Below are positions 19,234 to 29,525 of a stretch of DNA of 64,000 nucleotides, one piece after another. A model generated the notes under the pieces. The model was not told the origin of the DNA. It saw only the letters and a program-made list of their open reading frames with translations, and did not search any database. The number at the start of each line of letters is the position of its first letter. Within the stretch, counting starts at the first letter, position 1. A program made the position numbers and the translations under genes. The stretch comes from Geopsychrobacteraceae bacterium. GTDB taxonomy: Bacteria > Desulfobacterota > Desulfuromonadia > Desulfuromonadales > Geopsychrobacteraceae. The DNA lies in assembly GCA_963662315.1 (NCBI GenBank), contig OY759353.1:1696001-1760000 (forward strand), read 5' to 3'.

Positions 19234-20931
19234 CCTGAATCCGTGAGTTAACAAACTTAAAACTGTTTTCGATCTTTGACAATCAGCTGATTTTACAGTG
19301 CTTTTCTGCTATTCTTGAATCGCATCGAATTTCACCCAAGGAGTTTTGGTTGTGACATTTCCCCGGTTCAAGCTTGAGCAGTCAAAGCAGGAATTTTACA
19401 CCTCTCAGTCTGGCCTGGCTCTGGTCGGTGTGGCATTGAATCGCTATACCTCGCTGGCTTCGCGGGTCGATAAAGCGGCTCCCAAACGGGGAATCGCCAC
19501 GTCCGATGTCCTGCGCAGCTATCTGGGTCTGCTCTGTCAGGGTAAAAGCGATTTTGCCGCTATCCATCCTTTTTTTGAGGACGATGAGTTTTTTCGGACC
19601 TCGTTGGGGCTAACCAAAACGCCCTCACAGGAAACATTGCGGCAGCGTCTCGATCAGTTCGCCGAGGTCTTGCGGATCATCGTCGACTTCTGTTCGGTGG
19701 AGTTTCTCAAGAAAGCCAAGGCACAACTCTCGCCATTGTCCACTGGGCATATGCCTCTTGATCTGGATGTTTTCACTCTCGACAACTCGGACACCAAGAA
19801 AGAGGGTGTCTCCTACACGTATCGAGGCTTTAACGGTTACGCCCCTCTTGGTGTCTGGCTGGGACTGGAAGGCTGGTGTTTGGAGATCGAACAGCGTCCC
19901 GGTTCCCAGCATGCTCAGGAAGGATTTATCCCTCTGCTGTTACGGGCCTTGCACAAAGCCCATCAGCTAACCGACGCCCCACTGCTGGTGCGACTGGACA
20001 GCGCCCATGATGCCCTGGCGACATTGATCGCCCTGAAAGAGCAGAAGGCCGACTTCATCATCAAATGGAATCCGCGCAACACCGATGTTCCGATCAAAGC
20101 CACGGAAATCTTTGCCCACGGCAAGCTGGTGAAAGACACCAAGGACGAACGGATCGCCATCATGACGGAAACGGTTGAACGGACCTACAACGATGGCGAG
20201 GGCAAAGACAAAACCATCAAGGTACGTCGTGTTCTGCGTGCCTCTGAGCGCTGGTTTGATCGAAACGGTCCACTTCTGGTTCCCGATATCGAGATTGAAG
20301 GCTGGTGGACCAGTCTCTCCAGCAACAAGGAGACGATCATCGAACTCTACAAGGGGCATGCCCTGTGCGAGCAGTATCATTCCGAACTCAAGACCGACCT
20401 GGATCTGGAGCGGCTGCCATCGGGCAAGCTTGCGACCAACGCTCTGGTGATGAGCTGTGCCGGGCTGGCGTACAATCTGTTGCGGGCCATCGGCCAGGTC
20501 GGTCTGATGGACAAAAAACAGGCCCGTCGAGCCAAACAGCGTCGGCGCCTCAAAACCGTACTGCAGGATTTGATGTACTTCGCTGCCCGATTTCTTCGTC
20601 ACGCCCATGGCTTGATGCTGCGATTCAGTTGCCATGCGATCAGGCAGGCACAGGCTTTCATCAAGACCTATGAGCATTTTGCCTATGACTAATGTCGAAA
20701 CGCATCAGTACAGTGCTGAAAAATACCGCGGCCAAGGACGTGCACAGTCACGCACGTCCTCAATTTACAAAGGAGCAAGACGAACGAAAAAATAATCAGC
20801 TGAATTGTCAAAGAACGTAGCTACCTGTGCTCATCGGAGTAGATCAGGTCAGCTTTGAATCAAAATTGACTGCGAAAATGGGTTCGCAGGCAAAGCGTGA
20901 AAGTGCCGACTGGCTACCTCACGGATTCAGG
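19234..20931 (+). mobile_element. IS1380-family insertion sequence, copy 1 (1698 bp)
   Basis: 14-bp terminal inverted repeats CCTGAATCCGTGAG / CTCACGGATTCAGG; 5-bp target duplication TTTAA (19229-19233, 20932-20936). Confidence 0.93.
19346..20692 (+). CDS. IS1380-family DDE transposase
   Basis: 448 aa; PSQETLRQRLD, LDLD, KKEGVSYTY.G..GY.P, VRLDSAHD and CEQYHSELKTDLDLERLPSGK motifs. Confidence 0.92.
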   Translation: MVVTFPRFKLEQSKQEFYTSQSGLALVGVALNRYTSLASRVDKAAPKRGIATSDVLRSYLGLLCQGKSDFAAIHPFFEDDEFFRTSLGLTKTPSQETLRQRLDQFAEVLRIIVDFCSVEFLKKAKAQLSPLSTGHMPLDLDVFTLDNSDTKKEGVSYTYRGFNGYAPLGVWLGLEGWCLEIEQRPGSQHAQEGFIPLLLRALHKAHQLTDAPLLVRLDSAHDALATLIALKEQKADFIIKWNPRNTDVPIKATEIFAHGKLVKDTKDERIAIMTETVERTYNDGEGKDKTIKVRRVLRASERWFDRNGPLLVPDIEIEGWWTSLSSNKETIIELYKGHALCEQYHSELKTDLDLERLPSGKLATNALVMSCAGLAYNLLRAIGQVGLMDKKQARRAKQRRRLKTVLQDLMYFAARFLRHAHGLMLRFSCHAIRQAQAFIKTYEHFAYD

Positions 20932-21023
20932 TTTAACAGAAAACATATTTAAAAAATGACAGGTCAATATCACAAACAACACCGTACAACTGGTCGGAAG
21001 TAATCTCTTCAACGTAAAAGCAG

Positions 21024-21653
21024 CTACGGAATGATTTTTAAAACTTCATCTACAGGTTTCCGACCACTATGAATTGGCATGGCTGCAGGCTTTCCTATTG
21101 GAATAATTGCTGACAATATATCACCGTCGGAGATTCCAAGTAATTGTTCAAGCTCTTGTCTCGCGAACAATGGTCCTGTCATCCAACAACCGCCGAACCC
21201 TTTTTCCCACGCCGCCAAAAGAATCAACTGGACAACGGCTCCAATTGTCTGCATATCTCCTCGCGCTCTTAAATCAGCCACAAAATCTTCATCATATCCT
21301 GCTTTGGCCATTAAAAAGTCCGTCTTGCTCTGAAAACGTCCATTTGCGGTTTTAACAATAAGAACAACAGGAGCTTGTAAATAAAATTTCTGAGGGGAAT
21401 AAGAAGGCCGGCAAAATCCAGATTTTTCTTCAACTTCATCTAAGATAGACTCTGCTTTTCTAGCGACAACATCTGCAATTTGTTTTTTTAATTCATCGCT
21501 CCGAACAGCGATAAACTCCCAATGTTGCCCATTTCCAGAATTGCAGGCATTTGTAGCTAGGGATATGATTTCTCTTAAGTCGTCATCTGAAACAGGATCT
21601 GAAGTGAATTGACGAATAGTACGCCTTCCGACAACAATCTTTTTAAAACTCAT
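21024..21653 (-). CDS. Nitroreductase family FMN oxidoreductase
   Basis: RRTIRQF, ACNSGNGQHWEF, APV, ILLAAWEKGFGGCW and RKPVDE motifs. Confidence 0.88.
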   Translation of the reverse strand: MSFKKIVVGRRTIRQFTSDPVSDDDLREIISLATNACNSGNGQHWEFIAVRSDELKKQIADVVARKAESILDEVEEKSGFCRPSYSPQKFYLQAPVVLIVKTANGRFQSKTDFLMAKAGYDEDFVADLRARGDMQTIGAVVQLILLAAWEKGFGGCWMTGPLFARQELEQLLGISDGDILSAIIPIGKPAAMPIHSGRKPVDEVLKIIP

Positions 21654-21892
21654 AAAGCCTCCATTGACGTATGAATTATATAATCAAGCCCTGCCGTTAG
21701 AAATTGAAACGTCCTCCCAAACAGGCATCATCACCCCCAGGTAAGCATGATGAACCGATAGCCGAATTCAGATTTTTCCAAATCAGTGAGGAGCCTTTTG
21801 CACGAATTTATAATCGCCTTGAATTACAGCAAAACTTCAGCAGTGAGCCGTTCATTTTGGCAACAGTTATTCAATCCAAGCAACTCGCGCAC

Positions 21893-21952
21893 TTCCACTA
21901 GACGGAACGCATATCCGCTGAATAAAATACCTATATAATCCCCCAGAGTCAA
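21893..21952 (-). promoter_or_regulatory. Promoter with paired island palindromes (nitroreductase-tesB unit)
   Basis: Minus strand TTGACT-17-TATTTT; boxes TTCCACTAGACGGAA (21893) and ATCCGCTGAATAAAA (21913), 20 bp apart. Confidence 0.65.
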
Positions 21953-22165
21953 CAAATTCACACAGAAACGAGAGAACATACAATATCTGCTTCATAAATG
22001 AGACAAGGATGGAAAAAAATACACAGAAGAGACACATGCAATTTCTTATTTTCTAGGTTCGCTTATTTTAGAGAGCCTTTATTGGACGAGATGCACGGTG
22101 TTGATATTTTACCGACGTTGATCCCACAGAACACCAAGACGTCCTAGAGATAAATACGGTTAATT

Positions 22166-23110
22166 TTACGATGTCAATTCGACGCATACAGTCCTCAGCA
22201 GATCAATTAGATCGAGTTTAGGCTTTGAAAGAAACGACTCTTTCAAATAAACTACTGACAGAATATTAGTTTCATGGAGGTCTGAGATCGAAAATAAATT
22301 TAGTTTGCCCTTACCAAGATTTATCTTATTAATTTCATTAATATTATTTTTATACATAGATAAACAGAAGCTTGAAGCTAAATCCTGATTTGAAATAAGG
22401 TAGTGAATATCCTGATGAGTAGATTCCATTATAATATTCAGATTTATATTTAACTTTTTAAGATGTGAATCTATGATATTTCTTGATTTGTAGCCTTTTT
22501 CATTAATTACAAAGGGAATATCATTAAAATCTTCTAAATCAACCTCTTTGCAAGCTTTATATTTTTCCCATGAGTTAGAAAAATATTTCATCAACAAGTT
22601 ATCTGATATAACAAGATATATATTCTCTTCTATTAATTCGACGATTTCAATTTTACTTGACTTTACGTTTTCAGATCCTGAAAGGTACATATCAATTTCA
22701 TTATTCAGTAATTTTTTTTCTAAAAAAAATGAATTTCCATAAATAATGTCAAGCTTTATATTCCGATACAGGGCATTAAACCTTTTCAGAAGAATAGGTG
22801 CCAAAATTCGATATCGACCTTCTGTCAATCCTAAAGAAATACCGACACTTCCTTCTTCATTAATTTCAGAGAATTGAGCCATTAAATTCATCTCAATTTG
22901 GTTAATTTTTTTCAGAGATTCCAGCATTATCTCCCCAGCCGGGGCCAGTGACAACGATGGTTTTCTATTAAAAAGCCTTACCCCACATTCATTCTCTAAA
23001 TTTTTCAGATATGCGCTTAATGCTTGATGGGTCAAAAATAGCCGTTTTGCAGCTCGTGAGATATTTAATTCTTGGGCCAAAATTAAAAAATATCGGTAGT
23101 TATTGATCAT
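22166..23110 (-). CDS. LysR family transcriptional regulator (very AT-rich)
   Basis: YFLILAQELNISRAAKRLFLTHQALSAYLKNLENECGVRLFNR HTH; 314 aa. Confidence 0.9.
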   Translation of the reverse strand: MINNYRYFLILAQELNISRAAKRLFLTHQALSAYLKNLENECGVRLFNRKPSLSLAPAGEIMLESLKKINQIEMNLMAQFSEINEEGSVGISLGLTEGRYRILAPILLKRFNALYRNIKLDIIYGNSFFLEKKLLNNEIDMYLSGSENVKSSKIEIVELIEENIYLVISDNLLMKYFSNSWEKYKACKEVDLEDFNDIPFVINEKGYKSRNIIDSHLKKLNINLNIIMESTHQDIHYLISNQDLASSFCLSMYKNNINEINKINLGKGKLNLFSISDLHETNILSVVYLKESFLSKPKLDLIDLLRTVCVELTS

Positions 23111-23169
23111 AACATTCCTTCCCTTTTTTTGATCTACATCAATGCCATGATCAATCCTCGATCATTCAA

Positions 23170-24867
23170 CCTGAATCCGTGAGTTAACAAACTTAAAACT
23201 GTTTTCGATCTTTGACAATCAGCTGATTTTACAGTGCTTTTCTGCTATTCTTGAATCGCATCGAATTTCACCCAAGGAGTTTTGGTTGTGACATTTCCCC
23301 GGTTCAAGCTTGAGCAGTCAAAGCAGGAATTTTACACCTCTCAGTCTGGCCTGGCTCTGGTCGGTGTGGCATTGAATCGCTATACCTCGCTGGCTTCGCG
23401 GGTCGATAAAGCGGCTCCCAAACGGGGAATCGCCACGTCCGATGTCCTGCGCAGCTATCTGGGTCTGCTCTGTCAGGGTAAAAGCGATTTTGCCGCTATC
23501 CATCCTTTTTTTGAGGACGATGAGTTTTTTCGGACCTCGTTGGGGCTAACCAAAACGCCCTCACAGGAAACATTGCGGCAGCGTCTCGATCAGTTCGCCG
23601 AGGTCTTGCGGATCATCGTCGACTTCTGTTCGGTGGAGTTTCTCAAGAAAGCCAAGGCACAACTCTCGCCATTGTCCACTGGGCATATGCCTCTTGATCT
23701 GGATGTTTTCACTCTCGACAACTCGGACACCAAGAAAGAGGGTGTCTCCTACACGTATCGAGGCTTTAACGGTTACGCCCCTCTTGGTGTCTGGCTGGGA
23801 CTGGAAGGCTGGTGTTTGGAGATCGAACAGCGTCCCGGTTCCCAGCATGCTCAGGAAGGATTTATCCCTCTGCTGTTACGGGCCTTGCACAAAGCCCATC
23901 AGCTAACCGACGCCCCACTGCTGGTGCGACTGGACAGCGCCCATGATGCCCTGGCGACATTGATCGCCCTGAAAGAGCAGAAGGCCGACTTCATCATCAA
24001 ATGGAATCCGCGCAACACCGATGTTCCGATCAAAGCCACGGAAATCTTTGCCCACGGCAAGCTGGTGAAAGACACCAAGGACGAACGGATCGCCATCATG
24101 ACGGAAACGGTTGAACGGACCTACAACGATGGCGAGGGCAAAGACAAAACCATCAAGGTACGTCGTGTTCTGCGTGCCTCTGAGCGCTGGTTTGATCGAA
24201 ACGGTCCACTTCTGGTTCCCGATATCGAGATTGAAGGCTGGTGGACCAGTCTCTCCAGCAACAAGGAGACGATCATCGAACTCTACAAGGGGCATGCCCT
24301 GTGCGAGCAGTATCATTCCGAACTCAAGACCGACCTGGATCTGGAGCGGCTGCCATCGGGCAAGCTTGCGACCAACGCTCTGGTGATGAGCTGTGCCGGG
24401 CTGGCGTACAATCTGTTGCGGGCCATCGGCCAGGTCGGTCTGATGGACAAAAAACAGGCCCGTCGAGCCAAACAGCGTCGGCGCCTCAAAACCGTACTGC
24501 AGGATTTGATGTACTTCGCTGCCCGATTTCTTCGTCACGCCCATGGCTTGATGCTGCGATTCAGTTGCCATGCGATCAGGCAGGCACAGGCTTTCATCAA
24601 GACCTATGAGCATTTTGCCTATGACTAATGTCGAAACGCATCAGTACAGTGCTGAAAAATACCGCGGCCAAGGACGTGCACAGTCACGCACGTCCTCAAT
24701 TTACAAAGGAGCAAGACGAACGAAAAAATAATCAGCTGAATTGTCAAAGAACGTAGCTACCTGTGCTCATCGGAGTAGATCAGGTCAGCTTTGAATCAAA
24801 ATTGACTGCGAAAATGGGTTCGCAGGCAAAGCGTGAAAGTGCCGACTGGCTACCTCACGGATTCAGG
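23170..24867 (+). mobile_element. IS1380-family insertion sequence, copy 2 (1698 bp, apparently identical to copy 1)
   Basis: Same 14-bp inverted repeats; 5-bp target duplication TTCAA (23165-23169, 24868-24872). Confidence 0.93.
23282..24628 (+). CDS. IS1380-family DDE transposase
   Basis: Translation identical to 19346-20692. Confidence 0.92.
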   Translation: MVVTFPRFKLEQSKQEFYTSQSGLALVGVALNRYTSLASRVDKAAPKRGIATSDVLRSYLGLLCQGKSDFAAIHPFFEDDEFFRTSLGLTKTPSQETLRQRLDQFAEVLRIIVDFCSVEFLKKAKAQLSPLSTGHMPLDLDVFTLDNSDTKKEGVSYTYRGFNGYAPLGVWLGLEGWCLEIEQRPGSQHAQEGFIPLLLRALHKAHQLTDAPLLVRLDSAHDALATLIALKEQKADFIIKWNPRNTDVPIKATEIFAHGKLVKDTKDERIAIMTETVERTYNDGEGKDKTIKVRRVLRASERWFDRNGPLLVPDIEIEGWWTSLSSNKETIIELYKGHALCEQYHSELKTDLDLERLPSGKLATNALVMSCAGLAYNLLRAIGQVGLMDKKQARRAKQRRRLKTVLQDLMYFAARFLRHAHGLMLRFSCHAIRQAQAFIKTYEHFAYD

Positions 24868-25225
24868 TTCAAATCATAAGTCCAATAACAAAAAGACTGT
24901 TAAAAAACAAATCCAGTTTTTCTGAAGAACAAAAACGGGACATGGCCAGATATCAGATTAAAAAAATAATCAAGGTTTCAAAAGATCATATAACAAGTCT
25001 TTCTGTCCGACGCTGCTATTTTTTTTTGCATCCATGCAAGGATAATGTGCTTTACGGGTTTTTCTTAAAATGCAATCTTTCCTTCGAAAAAAAACTGCAG
25101 TAAATCAGAATTTTATTTAAGAGTTGCAAAACAAAACTTAAGACCTTCGTATTTAATTACTAGCAATTAAGGGCCCTTTATTGCTTTGTATAAATTATAA
25201 ACCAATAACGGAAGGATTTAATTTC

Positions 25226-26272
25226 ATGAAGATCAAATGTTTAGGGTTGATATTGGCAGTGCTTTCTTTGACAGCCTCCACTTCACTGGCCCAACAGGAA
25301 CCTCGAATTTTTGCTGACGGAGCTCAACTTCAAGTGGTATCAAGAGATGGCATAGGCTTTAACGAAGGCGTTGTAGCGGCGAAGGATGGCAAAATTTACA
25401 CCCTTGGCGTGACTTGGCTTAAAGAATCGATCAAAAACGGCGTAATTTACTGCTACGATCCTGCCACCGGAAAAACCAGCGAATATATGAAACCGTCAGG
25501 TTCAGCGCTCGGACTACATTTTGACAAAAACAACGATCTCATCATTGCATCGTCTGACACTCGTGGCGGCCCACAGGGCATTCGCCGCCACAATTTAAAA
25601 ACCGGAAAAACAACTATTATTACAGACAGCTATAAAGGAAAGCACTATGTTGCGCCAAATGACGTCACCAGTGACGCAAAGGGCAGAATCTATTTTACCG
25701 ATGCTCGCTACGGCGGTAAAACACTCACCTGGGAACTACCCAATGCTGTCTACCGTGTCGATACTGACGGAACGGTGACTCAAATATCAACCGACATTTT
25801 CCGCCCTAACGGTATTGAAGTCTCTCCTGACGGTAAACATCTTTACGTTGCGGCAGCTAATGAAAAACGACTCCTGGCAAACCCACTTGGTCCTCTTGAG
25901 GATAAGTTTGGCATTGAGCATGGCGGTGTCGTTGCTTATGATCTTGATGAAAATGGCAACATCTCCAATGGCCATGCAATTTTCAAACATGAGCACTACA
26001 ATGTTGACGGAATGGCAATGGACACCGATGGCAATCTCTACCTCGCCATTCATAATGGTAAAACACCTCCGGTCCCAGGTGAAATCATTGTCCTCGATCC
26101 CATCAAAGAAAAGGTAATCACAAAACTTATCCCACCGGAGGGAACCAGGCCAAGCAATGTGGGCTTTGGTCGTGGTGATGATGCAAACACACTTTACATT
26201 ACCACTGGGTTGGGCATGCCCTGGAAGCTGCTGAGCATCAAAACCCTGCATCGTGGCTTTTATCAAGAATAG
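25226..26272 (+). CDS. Secreted SMP-30/gluconolactonase/LRE family beta-propeller
   Basis: Signal peptide MKIKCLGLILAVLSLTASTSLA; NEG, PND, RIYFTD, PNGI..SPD, DGMAMD and SNVGFG motifs. Confidence 0.88.
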   Translation: MKIKCLGLILAVLSLTASTSLAQQEPRIFADGAQLQVVSRDGIGFNEGVVAAKDGKIYTLGVTWLKESIKNGVIYCYDPATGKTSEYMKPSGSALGLHFDKNNDLIIASSDTRGGPQGIRRHNLKTGKTTIITDSYKGKHYVAPNDVTSDAKGRIYFTDARYGGKTLTWELPNAVYRVDTDGTVTQISTDIFRPNGIEVSPDGKHLYVAAANEKRLLANPLGPLEDKFGIEHGGVVAYDLDENGNISNGHAIFKHEHYNVDGMAMDTDGNLYLAIHNGKTPPVPGEIIVLDPIKEKVITKLIPPEGTRPSNVGFGRGDDANTLYITTGLGMPWKLLSIKTLHRGFYQE

Positions 26273-26306
26273 AAGAGCTCGACCCAACACAAAACACGAT
26301 AGTTCA

Positions 26307-26342
26307 ATGCTCCCCCATCCCCTCAATGGGGGAGCATATTTT
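26307..26342 (+). terminator. Terminator-like hairpin after the lactonase
   Basis: ATGCTCCCCCAT / ATGGGGGAGCAT followed by ATTTT. Confidence 0.7.
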
Positions 26343-26857
26343 GAAATTCCCATCACGCTAGGAGCAAAACCGGCAACTGCCATGCCATGAATACGTACTT
26401 TCGGCATAACCCTTTTTACCTATTATCAGCATCTCCTCTACAAACTTGAAGATAGCGATATCCTACAGCCTCCTAGAAACCTACCTAAAAGGTTTCGCCC
26501 AAAATCTTATTTGCACATAAACATAATAAAAATGCGGCACTGAATTCCACTCATCAAAATATATATCCGCCTAGTAAAATATAGTAGAATTTCTCCAAAA
26601 TCAATCTATTGATTTCTTAAAAAAACAACACAACAACAAAAAAGTAATTTACAACGAATTTTCAGTACTATACCTAAACAAAGCCCCAATATAAATACCC
26701 TATTCAATCTATTTCACAAATATGATAGCCATAAAGCCACAGCCATCAATCATACTGTATTTTGTATTGCAAAATCTACTTTCGCCTGATAAAAACATAT
26801 TCACCAACAGCCCTGCTCCCAATAACCCTTCAAGGAGATTTATCAAAAGGAGATCAT

Positions 26858-27808
26858 ATGGACGGCGAAATGACTTGGCCCTCAAATGCCACTATTTGCG
26901 AAGTTGGCCTAAGAGACGGCATCCAAAACGAAACAAAAATACTAAGCGTGGAAGAAAAACTGGAACTACATGACGCAATCATAGACTCAGGAATTAAAAT
27001 TATAGAAATTGGATCTTTCGTTCACCCCAAGGCCGTCCCTCAAATGGCCAATACAGGTGAACTTGCAAAAAAGATGAAAAGAATTCCGGGTGTTGAATAT
27101 CGAACTTTAGTGCCTAACCTAAAGGGCCTTGAACGTGCAAATGATGCCGGTATCACAAAAGCCAAACTAACCGTCAGCGTCAGCGAAACCCATTGCATGG
27201 CAAACTTCAACCAAAGCCCCCTGGAAATGATGGAAGGCTTCAAACCATGCGTTGAATTTGCAAGCAAGCACAATATAGAGATATCAGGTGCGCTATCCTC
27301 GGCATGGGGATGTGCATGGGAAGGGAAAATTGCTATTTCCCAGCTTGAAAAAATAACAAAAGCATTTCTAGATCTGGGAATCACAGAATTGTCACTTTCT
27401 GACGCCACAGGAATGGCAAACCCACGGCAAATCTATGAAATCGGAGGATACCTGAAAAAAAAATTCCCAAAAGTCCAATGGGTTTTGCATCTACACAACA
27501 CACGAGGAATGGCCCTCGCTTGTGTCGTAGCGGCACTTCAAGTTGGGATCAACACATTCGATGGAGCCTTTTCAGGCCTAGGCGGATGCAACTTTATACC
27601 TGGAGCAGCAGGGAACGTATCTACAGAAGATCTCATCCACATGCTTGAAGAGATGGGCGTCTCAACAAACACAGACCTTTTAAAAGTAATAAAAACGGGG
27701 AAACTCGCACAAGACCTCTTGTCCAAAGATTTCGGCAGTTACGTCCTGCAGGCTGGGCGAAACACAGACCTCGTCCAACAAAAAGCGACAAAACAAAACA
27801 ATAATTAA
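26858..27808 (+). CDS. HMG-CoA lyase family (DRE-TIM) acyl-CoA lyase
   Basis: EVGLRDGIQNE, GSFVHPKAVPQMA, SDATG.ANP, HLHNTRG and GLGGC.F.PGAAGNVSTED motifs; AGGAG RBS. Confidence 0.88.
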   Translation: MDGEMTWPSNATICEVGLRDGIQNETKILSVEEKLELHDAIIDSGIKIIEIGSFVHPKAVPQMANTGELAKKMKRIPGVEYRTLVPNLKGLERANDAGITKAKLTVSVSETHCMANFNQSPLEMMEGFKPCVEFASKHNIEISGALSSAWGCAWEGKIAISQLEKITKAFLDLGITELSLSDATGMANPRQIYEIGGYLKKKFPKVQWVLHLHNTRGMALACVVAALQVGINTFDGAFSGLGGCNFIPGAAGNVSTEDLIHMLEEMGVSTNTDLLKVIKTGKLAQDLLSKDFGSYVLQAGRNTDLVQQKATKQNNN

Positions 27809-27902
27809 AATAGCCCCCTCCCAACATCCAAAGGCACTTATAAATCCATTAAGTGCCTTTGCCACACACGCCACAGAACAGTTATTAGCCGTTCAAACCT
27901 TA

Positions 27903-28097
27903 TTCCACCCAGTGAAACTAGTTCCCACTAAAGCAAATCGTTCAATAAAACATCCCGGACACAGCGAAAGAGAAATCAACTTTCATCAGTATTTTCATTA
28001 GCTTTCACCCCATCATAACACTATCCGAACTTTCTTGATTAGCAATTTCACCGTTGCTATACTTCCATTTAATGGTTTTGTATTTTATTCAGTGGAA
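27903..28097 (+). promoter_or_regulatory. Promoter and operator array of the mmgE2-acn-prpF operon
   Basis: Distal box TTCCACCCAGTGAAA (27903); TTGATT-17-TATACT (28035-28063); boxes TTCCATTTAATGGTT (28063) and TTTTATTCAGTGGAA (28083). Confidence 0.7.
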
Positions 28098-28135
28098 TTT
28101 TACTTTCATATTACGCGCAATTCGGTGGAGGAAAC

Positions 28136-29497
28136 ATGACGCTATCAGAACACTTTGCGGCATACGCCTGCAGCAATATTCTGCAAGGTAATGCCACTAC
28201 CATCACAGAAGTTAAATCTAGAATTCTCGACTACATTACTGTGACAAGTGCAGCAGAAACCTATCTGGACTATGCCTCCCTTATAAAAAAATATGCCCAA
28301 ACGCTTACATCCAAAACAAGTACCTCACCTAGCGAACTCCCAGTAAATATCTCTGGTTTCACCAACGGAGCTCTCGCACATGCTCTTGATTACGACGACG
28401 GTCACCTTTGGGCCGGAGTCCATGCAACCGGTCCTGTCATTGGTGCAGCGTTTGCCTTAATTAACAAACTTAACCCTACCGGATTAAAACTACTTGAGGC
28501 CATAACTGCGGGTTATGAAATTGAATACAGGTTAGCAAAATCACTTGGCAAGAGTCATATCCAAAAAGGGTATCACGGAAGTTGTACATGTGGAGTTTTC
28601 GGTTCCGCGATAGCTGCTGGAATAATTTTAGACCTGACCCAACAACAAATGGTTTATGCCATCGGACTGGCAGGGCTTGCCTGTGCTGGATTTCGTCAAC
28701 CTCTAGCAGAAGGCCAAATGGCAAAACCCATTCAGGTTGGCTATGTAACAGAGCGAGGTATCAATGCAGCACTTCTGGCCAAAGTCGGTATTGAGGGTCC
28801 CGTTCAAATTTTCGAAGGGGGCAGTGGAATCCTTCCCATCCTTTCTGACCGCCCTAAAGAAGAAATAATTTCCGAATGTCTCCACGGGCTTGGAACAACT
28901 CACCTAATCAACGACACATACACAAAATTATATCCCTGCTGTAGATACACCCATTTTGCAATAGAGTCATGCTTTGAAATCCGTAAAAAGATTAAAAACC
29001 TCAATGACATCAGCAATATAGAGGTTAACACCTTTGACATCGCCTATGAGGCGACAGCACCTAATGAAAATCCCCAAAGTGCCGCCCAAGCACGCTTCAG
29101 CATTCACTACTTAGTAGCAGTCGCCTTAATTGAGGGGTTTGTTGGTCTTAAAGATTTCACCTCGGATGCAATAAAGCGGCAGGAAATTGCAGCATTAGGG
29201 AAAAAAGTAACATGCCACTCTACAAAGGAATGGAATGACATCTATCCAGATATTCGCGGGGCAGAAGTCCGAATCACTCTTAAAGACGGCACCGTCTACT
29301 CCCACAAAACATCAAAATTAGCCGGCATGCCCGGAGATCACGAAGCCGCACCTCGAAAGTTCCAAAACACATGCTCGGCCTTCTTTTCAAAAGAACAAAT
29401 GAATCAGATCGAATGCTTTGTCAACACCCTGCATTCACGTCCAGAAACATATGAAATCACAGCACTAATCAGCAACCGAAACGAAATAGAAGAATAA
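28136..29497 (+). CDS. MmgE/PrpD family protein (paralog 2)
   Basis: AHALDYDDGH...VHAT, GYE, GYHGS, KLYPCCRYTH and ARFS motifs. Confidence 0.9.
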   Translation: MTLSEHFAAYACSNILQGNATTITEVKSRILDYITVTSAAETYLDYASLIKKYAQTLTSKTSTSPSELPVNISGFTNGALAHALDYDDGHLWAGVHATGPVIGAAFALINKLNPTGLKLLEAITAGYEIEYRLAKSLGKSHIQKGYHGSCTCGVFGSAIAAGIILDLTQQQMVYAIGLAGLACAGFRQPLAEGQMAKPIQVGYVTERGINAALLAKVGIEGPVQIFEGGSGILPILSDRPKEEIISECLHGLGTTHLINDTYTKLYPCCRYTHFAIESCFEIRKKIKNLNDISNIEVNTFDIAYEATAPNENPQSAAQARFSIHYLVAVALIEGFVGLKDFTSDAIKRQEIAALGKKVTCHSTKEWNDIYPDIRGAEVRITLKDGTVYSHKTSKLAGMPGDHEAAPRKFQNTCSAFFSKEQMNQIECFVNTLHSRPETYEITALISNRNEIEE

Positions 29498-29525
29498 AAG
29501 CCATTCGGACAGGAAAGGAAACAGC

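Noticed and set aside
19967..20677. 236-aa antisense ORF in IS1380 (also 23903-24613)
   Set aside because: Shadow of the transposase frame with no motifs; duplicated only because the IS is duplicated
19234..24867. Composite transposon carrying nitroreductase and lysR
   Set aside because: Each IS1380 has its own target duplication (TTTAA versus TTCAA) and the outer flanks do not match, so these are independent insertions
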